Assembly: GCA_964035545.1 (NCBI GenBank) | Contig: OZ037770.1 | Location: forward strand, 9,864,973-9,928,972 | DNA length: 64,000 nucleotides | Origin: Bugula neritina | Taxonomy: Eukaryota > Animalia > Bryozoa | Direction of reading: 5' to 3' | Shown: positions 35,664 through 47,295 of the stretch, piece by piece | How positions within the stretch are numbered: position 1 is the stretch's first letter | Layout of the letters: the number at the start of each line of letters is the position of its first letter | The notes under the pieces: model-generated | Databases searched by the model: none | The model's input: only the letters and a program-made list of their open reading frames with translations | Told to the model about the DNA's origin: nothing | Program-made: the position numbers and the translations under genes

Positions 35664-38600
35664 GTGACCTCCCACCACAAAACAGGGAACGTTGGTCAGT
35701 TTTTCAAAATTGAGTTATTAGTACAGAGTTAAAGAGCAGATCTTTGCAATCATTTTGCAATTTGTTTGAAGTCTCTAGTGCAAATAGAACTCGAGATATT
35801 GATATTCAAAAGCCTTGGCGTTTTTAAAACAGTCAATTTACGTTTTTGAGAAATTCGCTTTTAAAGTAAGGAGGTCTGGAATAATTTATGGATTATTTGT
35901 TTACATTTGTCAAGCCTTAGCAACGGGCCTTTTTATTCTAGCAAACTGGACAAATTTGGTATCAAAACATTTGTTTAAGTATGGGCTTTCAGCTCAACCA
36001 GTTTTTACGTTTCCTAAACAAAATATTAGGTCAAAGATGGCCGCCAAACTTGTTGTAACCTTATTTTCCCGAATAGCTATTAAATTGTGATAACAGTTGA
36101 AAATTTTGCTACTTTCAGCACATATAAGGACCTTTAAGCACTTTTTTGCACCGACATTCATTTGAACCAACTATGCTAACTAGGTGTCGTATGAAACAAA
36201 ATGGCAGCCATTTCCTGTTTTACGTTTGCTATTTCCCTCATTATTAATATCTCATGTAACATGTCCAACTGTAGCTATTGAGCCATGCCATTCGATAGTA
36301 TCAATTGTTTAGTGCGTAAAAATCATATGAGAGAATCATTCAATTATTAAAATATTATACAAAATTTATTCAGTCATACAGTTACAATGTAGAGTGATCA
36401 AAAGTTACACATAGGGAATCAGTTGAGATATTGAGTATCCATACAAGAAAATGAGGTATACGTTATTTTTAATCTTCAAATCAATTATTATAAACAGATA
36501 AAAGTGTAGAAATTCAGCATAAATGAAACTTAAATTAATTCATATAGCAGAAAGACTGCTTAGGTGGTTCGTATGGTCTCTGAATCTATGTCCTTGTTCT
36601 TCATAGCGTGAGTTTACAGAGTATAAGCACATAACCAAGAGCTTAATTGCTGCTACAAACGATATTCCAGTAGTCAAAGTTAATAGATGCTGCTACTATA
36701 AATCTACCCTGTTCATCTATAGCCACTTAGACCTGCAATGATAATATTAAACTTATTTTTAGATTATAAAAGAGAACAATAGTGCATTAGAAATTAAATC
36801 TGGCTATAAAATGCAATTGTTTTAACACCATTTAACTACTATATTACAGCAGCTAATAATTATTGAGCAATTTCTCAACATTTAAGTTCATAGCGAGTTT
36901 GAAGGCACATTTGCAAACTAGTTATTTATAAAATTTTTGAGCATAATGAAATACTAGACACCTTTTTTCGAGTAAAGTTAGCAGAAGCTATAAGCTTGCA
37001 AGCGGTAGCTCTCCAAATGCAGGGAGTCCGGATCACAAGTGTAAGAATGATAGGTTATATGCAGCATGCTCTTGAGCTGTATAAGTGACATAACAAACAG
37101 CACCTCATCGACAAGTTCCATCATGTTGCCCTCACATCTTCACTTTCCTAAAATGGAAATAATGTTATATTCCTGAATAATAATCATGATGTAGTAATAA
37201 TAATTTTTTTTTTCCTATTGCCATCAAAAATTAAGTCATTTAAATACTTAGCATGTTTGAATCTGTAGTACTAAAGCAATGAGCTTGTATTTGAAAAATA
37301 AAACAACTAACTAATCAATATACTATTTAACATTCAATTAAAAGTGAGTAGACAGAGCTAGCCAAGTAGCAACAAAACCTACTAAATATAGCTACTGCAA
37401 AACCAATTTAAATTCAATTATTTACTTAAATATAAATAAATCAGCATAAGTAGTTGTAGTACTCCAATTCTATTTTGAAACTGGAAAGTCTTGCATGATA
37501 AAAGTGATGTATTCTAATAGTCATAGATAACTATAAGATTTAAACTAAGGGTAGCTGTAAGTGTTAGGCTGACAATGACTAACAACAAGTGACTTGATTT
37601 TGACATCATTATTATTGTTTCACTCTTAAAGATCTTAATCACTGTTATTATGAATATTATTATTATACTTGAACTTATTCAAATTGAATCACATTCGATA
37701 TTTCAGTATGAGTATAGATTATATTAAATATTCATATTCAAAATAAAAGTGGCGCTCCGCTGACTGTGGACCACTTAACATGCCCAGACTTAAAATTTCT
37801 ATAAATAATCAATATGAAAATGAACATTTAATACTATGAACTTCAAGTTAATGATAATAATAATATAATATTCAATAAGATTATCACAAGAACTAACTGA
37901 AAGAATTACTAATAGTATTAGTGTAATACTGAACCCTATTTAATAGTATTATCAATGTGAGTATGAGCATTTAATTTTGAATGAAAATAAAACACTCAAT
38001 ACTAAAAATTTCAAGTTAAAAATATCATCTTTTTAGCATCAGCTGTTAAAAATGAAAGTCAAGAAAGCATTTGACCTACATAGGCTAGAGTAAATCACTA
38101 AATCAAAATGAAAATGTAATACTATTATTATTTATTAATACAAATAACTTAATAAGCATATAACTCGGGTTGATTATGATATTTTAATCATGATTATTAA
38201 TAATAATATTATTATTAAATTCAACAACTACAACATTTGAAGTAGAAGTATAACTTTAACTATAAGTATAAGTTAATAACTACTAGTAAATTATATAATT
38301 ATTTAGTAGCGTAAATGAGCTATTTTCAGTATAATCACCTGCTTTGTAGTGATTTAATCATAAAGTCCAAAGATAAAGATCAATATTAAACTACAGCTAA
38401 GGAAATTACTTGCGTTAAAAGCTAACTTAATCTTTGCAGCCAGCGCCAAAAGTAGCTAATACTAAACTTAGTTTCAGAAGTAGGCTTCCTATCATGCGAG
38501 GAGAATGCAAGAGCTACCTTTGTTAAACAAAAAATTATTTGTAGGATTTCGCGCTATGAAATGTTTTAATTTCATTTTCGTAATAGTAATGATAACTCCG

Positions 38601-38860
38601 AGTCTACTTGACTACGATCCGCCATTTTGAAGAAATATTTAATGCATAGTTACCAACTTTAGAGTTAATTTTGAGCTTGAAGGAATTGGCAAATGCTTGC
38701 GAAAATATGATATTTGAAATCCTTGAGTTTTTTTGTATAAGAAAAGTTTAAAATTTAAAAACTGGCAAACAATTTCAATTTTTGGTTTTTCAAAATTTAA
38801 CCTTCATTTACTACACTTCATGAATGCCGCCAAGTTCCCGGTTTTGTCGTGAGGGGTCAC
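35664..38860 (-). mobile_element. 3.2 kb non-autonomous TIR DNA element, copy A
   Basis: Imperfect 27 bp TIRs GTGACCTCCCACCACAAAACAGGGAAC / GTTCCCGGTTTTGTCGTGAGGGGTCAC, with ATAT on both sides (or a TA TSD if the ends are TGTGAC). The empty site atcaatatatttgc is present in the paralogous flank at ~3373-3386. No transposase ORF. Confidence 0.92.
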
Positions 38861-41527
38861 ATATTTGCTATTTCTACCAGCTGCTCATTGCTCATTTTAT
38901 TTAAATACTATCATGGTTTAGTTATAAACTTTAAAGAGATGTTTATACAAATAACATTTATGGTTTTTTGAAACTGCCTTAAAGAACAGAGGAATTGTTG
39001 AAAACAACATATCAAGTGTAAGTGGTGGTTGCTCTTCTTTTAAACTATCGACTATACAGCAGTGCTTCCACACCAGGTTCACATTCAGGCTACACTTTTA
39101 AGTCGCATGCATTTCTATCATGCAAAGGACAATTAGACAGGGCATTTATTTGAAATTGAAGTGGTGGGAACACTTTACTGCACTAGTGGCTGGAAGATGG
39201 AATAGTTATGAAAGTTACGGTAACTGAGGAAAGGGAGATCTGAGACATTTGTGTTATAACTTCACTTTTACACTAGTCACTTTTTATTGATCAACAGCGC
39301 AAGTCACTAGATAGCAACTCAGTCGATGGCCACAAGTCCATTAGCAGTGGTTATAGCTAGTCACTTACTTGTAGAATGGCAGGAATGGCCACCTTAAATT
39401 TGCGTGAGCTTTTTACTTGTAGAAGGGCATGTGCTTTATTTACCATATGAGTTACCTATTGTTGATGCTGTATTGGGAGTGAAAGCAATTGACATGATCA
39501 TCATGATTGTGTTTGTTGACAAAATCAAAGATTGATTTCTAATTGTGTTTAAACTTTAAACACTTTTTTGCTAACATCAGCATAAAATAGAATTGATGAA
39601 TGAAGCAGAAGTGATATACTCGTCAGAATTTATTAAAATTCCAGAGTTATCATACTCCTGTATTTTCATGCGCGTCAAACCAGATAGTTACCAGACAGAC
39701 TGTTTTTTGCAGATATTAGTCTATAAACAGCCTCTATTTCGGGGTTACTGACTGCAGTAACCCGCAAATCTCTAGTTCAGACTTCAGAGGTTTTTATGAA
39801 GCATAAACTTGAGAATCTCAAACTACACTCAATCACCCCCAACGTCAAGCTGCTTATAAAACAATTCGTCTAGGCGGGTTAAAGGGCAAATATAGTAACA
39901 TGCTGCTGGCGCCCTCCTAAATCATTAAAAATAAATATTAATAAGCTTATTAGAAAAATTGGGATTGTTGGGTTATATATTTGTTGTTGTTTTATATGGT
40001 TCTATAAACACCAAGATAGTGATTAGTTTATTTTCTTTAGTTTCATTTATTTTCACCAAGTACAACTGTAAAACTCACTAAAAGTAAAAGTGAAACAGTG
40101 AGTGTGACTCAGACTTATAATGTTAATAATATTAATAATTATTATCAATTAGTATTACTCATTTACTGGTAGTGATACTATTGTTTATTACTATTACTAT
40201 TAGTGTTAGTGCTAGTATTAGTAATAGTATTGGAATTACTAGCTTGAGCATACTTTTACTGTTTTATTTTTAAGTTAACTTTTACTTTTAGTTTTACACA
40301 GTCTCATTATAATTATTATCATTAATTGTGATAATGATAATTATAATTGATAATACTAATACTAATAGTAATACAGTAATAGTAATACTTAATCATAATG
40401 TCAATGATCATGAGGATCATTATCATTATCATTATGATTAGCATTAATATCAATATCATCATGATGATGATAATGATTTATACTTGATCATCATCAATTT
40501 CAATTTGAATTCTTAACATTGACTTATAGTAACACTAACAGTACTACTATTAGTATTAGTATTACATTTACTATTAGTATTATCAGTATTAGTAACACTA
40601 AGTTTTAGTCTACCCGAGTCTTGAATTGAAATTAATTATTTAATATAATAATAATAATAATTATAAATTTATATAACTAATAACTATAAGTATAACCAAA
40701 AACTTTAAGTTTAACTTTAAGCGAGTATTGATTTAGTGATTAGTCATTAGTGATTACTTTAAGTGTAACAATTCACCGATTTAGTGATTCGATTATTGTT
40801 ATAAATATCATGATGATAATGGTTATACTTTTCCTATAGGCTATATTATGTTTATAAGAGTTATATAGTTAGACTTATACTAATTATAAATTGATATTAA
40901 CTATAACATTGACTATGGGAGTAAGTTATATTAAATATAGTTGATGTTATACACAAACGATTAGAAATCCCAAATAATTTCAGCACATACTTGCACAAAA
41001 TGCATTATAAAACAAAATTGTTTAGGCATACAACCTTAAAACAGTATGTAGATGAAAACTAATATACATATAAGAATATTTTAATACTGCATAATTGAAG
41101 TGTGTCACGGATTCTTGACGGCCTTCACGTAGAAAGTTTATTCTATGCCTGTCATTAAGGTTGCTGTCCAAATTCACAATACTGGCCATCACAACGATAA
41201 GTATAATGACGCAGGTGACTCATCATGTAAATAATTATGTTGAATTCAAAATGGTTCAAATGTGGCTTCTTTCTTTGTTTTATTCAAAGATGTTGTTGCT
41301 GAGGTATTTTCAAAAAGCTGCTGACCCTAGCAAATAGTTTTACCAATTGACTCTTCATATCTATTTATATAATTTGTATCCTGGACACATTTTATGATTA
41401 GATAAGCGTCATTCTTACATTTGATGGATTGAGTATTTTTAGAACTGCTTTTTTCTCATTGCCATGTCTATTTTTATTTCAACTTAACCTTGTTTATTTG
41501 TTGAAACTATTTGATGATAATGAATAA

Positions 41528-41870
41528 GCCTAGGGCCACACTGTGCGTATTTTCGCATGCGAAAATTAAAATCACAAGTAGCAAAGGTGTCCACTGTAGT
41601 GTCATTGATGCGTGATAAATAAAGCTTTCATTTTTAAATCGCACTCGCTTTCAATAAAACGCAATTTACTGGAATAAAGCACTAAACAAAGAAATTGAGC
41701 TCGCTGAATAGCTACCAGCCAATTAGGTGACGACGACAGAGACGATTCGCACTTGCGTTGAAAATGCAGAGCGACAAGTGCGACGGTTTTCTCAACGCGC
41801 ACAGTGGACACCTTTGCTACTTGTGATTTCAATTTTCGCATGCGAAAATACGCACCGTGTGGCCCTAGGC
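41528..41870. mobile_element. 343 bp MITE with ~70 bp near-perfect TIRs (PIF/Harbinger Tourist-like)
   Basis: gcctagggccacactgtgcgtattttcgcatgcgaaaatt...ccactgt is mirrored at the right end; TAA on both flanks. Confidence 0.9.
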
Positions 41871-42077
41871 TAATGAATTAATCTCTCAGAGATATAAACT
41901 AATTTCTTCAAAAGATTTATTTTTTTATATCTGGTATCTTTAGAAGATATGTTTCATTGCCGGAGCAAAGATGCTCAATTGTAAGCCTACTAATAATTTA
42001 CAATGTTAACATGTGCTGTTTTTATCCTCATAGACTGTAGCCCTGATATTTTGTTTTTGCAGTGGACATAGAAGAAT

Positions 42078-45000
42078 ATGGATGCTGAAATATTTTTAGC
42101 AGAGAAGCTTCAACCTCATAAGTTGAAAATGCTCTATCCTACCAATAATTTGTATCAGAACAAGTTGAATCTGACCAATCATCTAATAGGTAAGTTTAGT
42201 TTTTTAACTGTCATCCTTATATAATCGATGGCAGTTATATAACTTACCATTCCCTATTTGTTTTGTTTGTAAATAAGTTTGACCGCTTTACAGCTCAACT
42301 ATAATGCACTTACTAAATTTTGTTTTTGTCCAAGTGTTAGCTTATTAGTATGCAAAGTTTATGTCTTCAGTTGTTATGGAATTCCATATACTTTAAATGA
42401 TTAAAACCAAGTTCTTTTTACTATATATAGTAAATGTAAATTTACATTTTAGTGAATCAGTATACTGCCTTGTGCCAATTTTTAATCCCATTTTCGTATT
42501 AAGTTCTGATTATGATCGCTTCAGAAACCTTATTGGTTGACGAGATGGAGTGGGAAGGGAATGCTGCCGTGGGCGAAACAGCGTTTTGGCTCAAGATTTT
42601 GAGTGTGCCAGCAACTTCTGAACTTAGACGCTTGAAACTGGATTTTAAAAGAGAGGTTTATAAGATTTGGAATGAGAAGCTGTCATGTAAGGTAACTGTT
42701 ATCATATTCATCTTTGAACTATCTGCGATGAGAGGAGGAGGGATACCTTCAGTTTTTTCCTCATAGCTTCTAATGGTGCTGAAGAATACTTCTGTTTAAA
42801 CCTGTCCACATACAATGCCCTTTTTAACATTTCAAATGCTGGTAGAAAAGGCATTGCATTTTGTCATTTATGAAATGAAAAGCATACTCACTGAGCTGTC
42901 TATCGTCTATGTTAATCAACTTACCAACTCAAGTTACTACTAGTACTATGTAAAACTCCAACTTTTCTTTTTGAGTTGTTGGCAACTTACTACCCTGTGA
43001 TTCACGGGGTTTTCTTGCATGATAATAGACACAAACGTACATGCTAATTTTTGTTACCATTTTGTTTTTAGCTTCAGAAAGAGGTTGGCGATAAAGTAAC
43101 TCCTACAAACATTGAATCACCAGAAGGTAATGGGGTTCATTGTTCTAGTAAGTGCGGTATAAAATAGACAATAGCTTCGAAATATTGTGTTGTATATAAG
43201 TTTTTTGAAAATGCACAGAGGGCTAGATTTTAAGAGTGTGGTGAAGCTAACCATGTAGGGAGCAGCTGTGGTCTAGGGGTTAAGGCATTTGCCTAGTAAA
43301 CACGAGGTCATGGGTTCGAGCCGAATAAAGGCCATTAGTGATGTTAGGAAGAGCATCTAGTCATAATTGTTCTCTTCCCCATCTAAATAAGTCCTTAGTC
43401 CAATTTAACAAAAACCCTTTCTATTAGGGGTTTCTTACAGTGATAGCGACTATAAACTGGCGTGAGTGAAGCTAACCATGTCAAAATTTTATTTGTGATA
43501 TAATTTTATTCTTTATTATGAAAAATTACAGAATCTGCTCTTAAAGCTTGTCAATGTTTGTCTATTATTTGTTTAATACTAGTTTATTATCCTCTTAGCT
43601 ATATATAACCTAGCATCAAGAAGATACTCTCTATTGCTATAGCGACTTGCAACAGAAAGTACTGCAAATTGTGAAGTTTTATAGGCGGCCATCTTACTTT
43701 ACAATATAGATTGTAATGGCATTTTAGAATGGCCAATTTAGTTTCAATGTCCAGCATTTGTTAGACATCCTTGGCATGAAGCAATGACCTCTAATTAGCT
43801 AGTTGCTTATTTGCTTATACGATGGCTCAAGGTTTTTTTACGAGGTGATGCAGTCTAACCTAGCGATAGTTCTTATCGTGTCATCTGGTATATTAACCAC
43901 CATGGCAGACTGAACATTACTATCAACTGAAATATTACTACTGAAGTAACCCATGTTGCTGAGCTTTACAAATCTGAGTGATATTTTACAGGCACACCTC
44001 AGGAACACCAGTCATTAACCAACCAGTTTCAGTTAGATGTCCCAGATCTTGGCAATTCTCCAGAGAGACAGCAAGTCAAAGTCATCAACCCTGAAGGAGG
44101 TAAGAAAATGAATGGAGAACAGAGTATGGTACACTTTATAAGTTAGTTGACTTTTTGTTTCTCGTAGGAGAAGAATTCAGTTGTAGAGCCTAGTGGATAA
44201 ACAAGATTTACTTTATTTTATTTGACCTGGATTTGTCGTGTACTCATTGCTCATAAATTGTTGTCAAAGGGCAGATAACTGAACTGGACATTGCTTGCTA
44301 ATTTTTGCCATAATGACAAACTTTTGATAATTGCAAGCCGTGTTTTATAATTCCAGTAATTGAAGGCAACATTTTAATGAAAATATTTTAAATTTTCATG
44401 CCTTTAACTAAACGACACATTGCCAATAGCTTAATTAATACCGTGATTGTGTTGGAACATACAGATTGCTTATGTTGTAAAATTTTGCCTGATTAATTCA
44501 CAATTTTTGTCCAAGGAATAAACTCCTGTATCACATCAGGGTTGTTTGTCTTATTTTGTAGGTGAGAAAATTATTGAAATTCAGCCAGCAGAAGTGATTA
44601 ACTTTGAGGATCTGGAAATGTCTACAAATGAAACTGAAAGTCAGCAGGCAGCGGCAGTCATATGTGATACAGACAGCACCAGCAGCGTTGTAGCCACTCC
44701 TCTTCCCAGAATGCATTGTACGACGGAGAAACCGAGTCCAGCTAAGAGAAAGTCTCATCTGGTCAAAGCTGATGTGGAAAAATTAAAACTCATGAAATGC
44801 AGCCACTGCTCTTTTACTGGTGTAACATTGAACGATGTGGCCGTCCACAAATTTTCTGCGCACCAGGATATATATGTGATCCCATGCCCTTATCCCAACT
44901 GCCATTACCGGGCTAGACAAAAGAACATAATAAAGGTTCATATTGAGTCACGGCACACTAAGGAGAAAAGATTCAAGTGTTCAGTATGTAATGCATCTTT

Positions 45001-46285
45001 TAAGACACTCATGGTTGCCAAAAAGCATTACCGATCGAGACATGAGAACGAGAAACTAACTTGTGAATTGTGCGATTTTCAGTGCGATATATTTAAACAG
45101 AAATTAAAGAACATGCACATGGCGGAAGTTCACAACGATATGTCTAAGGTATTCAAATGCCAAGATTGCGAGTTTTATGGTAGCTCTAGAAGCATACTCG
45201 CTGCTCACATTCACGCTAAGCACACCGCGAGTTATGACTCTAAAGTCGCGTATCATTGTGGGAAAGGGCTGTGCGAGTATGCCAATTTTATTGAGGAGTT
45301 TGTCATTCAACATCGCAGACATTGTGATGGCCGGGCCAAACACCTGAGCTTGGCGTGCAAGAAGAAAAAATCAATTAGAAACAGAAATCATCTTATCAGC
45401 AAGTTTTGGTGCAGCGTGTGTGGAGGACTTTTTGTAACAAAGTATTCTGTTGAAACTCATATTGCCAAGTCACATGATAGTCAAGGTCACCCAGTCCCTA
45501 CTAACAGCGATAAACCAGGAAAGATGGAGTTCAAGTGTTCAGTGTGCGCTAAACCGTCGGCAGATAAACATGTAATCGACAAGCACATAACTGACGCGCA
45601 TGCGGAGAGTGGTGAATGTGTGGGAACATACTTGGAGGATAAGAACTACGTTCCTGAGCTAATTCGATGCAAGTATTGTGATTTCACCTCAAAGTTGTTG
45701 TGCGCAATGAAGTCTCATGTACGGGCTCGTCATACTCATGCTATCTACAAGTGTGATGTCTGTGATTTCACCACTAATTCCAAAAATGGTATTGCTACCC
45801 ATAAGACAAGTGCGCATCTTAAAAAGGCACTCCGGATAAAAATTTCTATGAACAATAAACCTTCAGCTACTAGCACTGACATTGTCCCACTTTCCCAACC
45901 AAATGGAGTGATACATGATGATCTTAGTCAAAGTGGTAACGAATCTGTAGCACACGAGAATCTCCCTGTAGCACATGCGAATCTTCCCGTAGCACACGAG
46001 AATCTCCCTGTAGCACACGAGACTCTTCCTGTAACACACGATAATCTCTCTGTAGCACACGAGAATCTCTCTGGAGCACACGAGAATCTTCCTGTAGCAC
46101 ACGAGAATCTCCCTGTAGCACACGAGAATCTCCCTGTAGCAATTGATCCGGTTGCAGTTGAAGAAGTGAATAGCGAAGATATAGTAGTTGTTGGTCAAAG
46201 TTTAGCTGCTTCTCATATGGATACCACCATGTTTGTTGTTGGAAATAGTGAATTTCCTGTTGAGGGGGAAGTTATTATTTCGTAG
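42078..46285 (+). CDS. Multi-C2H2 zinc-finger protein, 5 coding exons, ~728 aa
   Basis: Exons 42078-42189, 42504-42691, 43072-43126, 43992-44099 and 44562-46285 join in phase (2187 nt). The last exon has about ten CxxC...HxxxxH fingers (e.g. FKCSVCNASFKTLMVAKKHYRSRH). The 5' exons rest on splice signals and phase only. Confidence 0.85.
43257..43465 (+). mobile_element. Full-length tRNA-derived SINE with a 16 bp TSD
   Basis: A box tggtctaggggtta, B box ggttcgagcc. Perfect TSD gtgaagctaaccatgt at 43241-43256 and 43466-43481. Confidence 0.9.
45947..46141 (+). repeat. Coding 21 bp minisatellite (VAHENLP x ~9)
   Basis: gtagcacacgagaatctccct units in frame within the zinc-finger last exon. Confidence 0.95.
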
Positions 46286-47295
46286 TGGGCCCTGTTTACT
46301 TTTTTAGCTGTTTCTTTCGAAAATGTTGGCCTAAAAATTTTACATGTTATAACCCGTCCCCCATCATGTAGGTGCATGGAGAATTTCGTATACTGTTGCT
46401 AGAATTTACTTTTATTATATATGAGAGTTGATGGTCTCTTTTAAAATTTTAATATGTTTTTTGTTTCATAAGAAACTCATGACTCCCTAATCTAACTTTA
46501 TGTGCAACACCTGACAAAAGCATTAGTTTCTTTGCTAGAAATAAACTTGTAGTGATGTCAACATTTCAAACATTAGCAACATGTACATGTAATGCAACTT
46601 ATAACTTTTTACTGCAAAACTGTTTGTTAAAATGCAATTTGCGATCACATATATTATACATTATAAAGTTATATACAACTGCATGCACACCTACTCATCA
46701 GTAAATGATCTGAACCTAGGTAATATCATACTGTATAGTCAATATTCCTAATGTCACTAAGTAACTAGAACCTACAAATGGAAAAGCAAAATTTCTTATC
46801 ACAGATTTATTCATATGATATAAGGGTGTCCATATAATCGCAACCAAAAGGATAGAAGGCTGGCTACTATAACTGCCATTACAGAATTGAACTTGACTTG
46901 CCAAAAAAGTAATTTTATACCTTCACAAATCCTTGGCCTGTCGATTAACTGCTTGATCTTAGAGAGTTGTCTTTCAAAAACACTTGAAAATATGACCACA
47001 TGACCAAATTAGACGCGATCCTGCATCGACAAAAGGGTGCCCGACGTGTTTTGAATACTACTGATAGCAGTGTGTAATTTTAAAACTAACAGACATGTTA
47101 TTATTTTCACCACGTCGTAGAACACAGGCTAGGAGAACATCAAAACAACTATCCAGTAATCGGCACGTATTTCATTTTGGGGTATCAGTTTTAATAGTTA
47201 ATTCTTATAGTATTATAAAGTAAATTAAAATGTAATCCCATAGCCAAGTAACCTTCTGTCGTTGCACTGTAGATTTGCATATATAGCATAAAAAT

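Noticed and set aside
35815-36090. 91 aa ORF in element A as its cargo protein
   Set aside because: It has a non-ATG start, lies in the subterminal region and has no matching ORF in element B.
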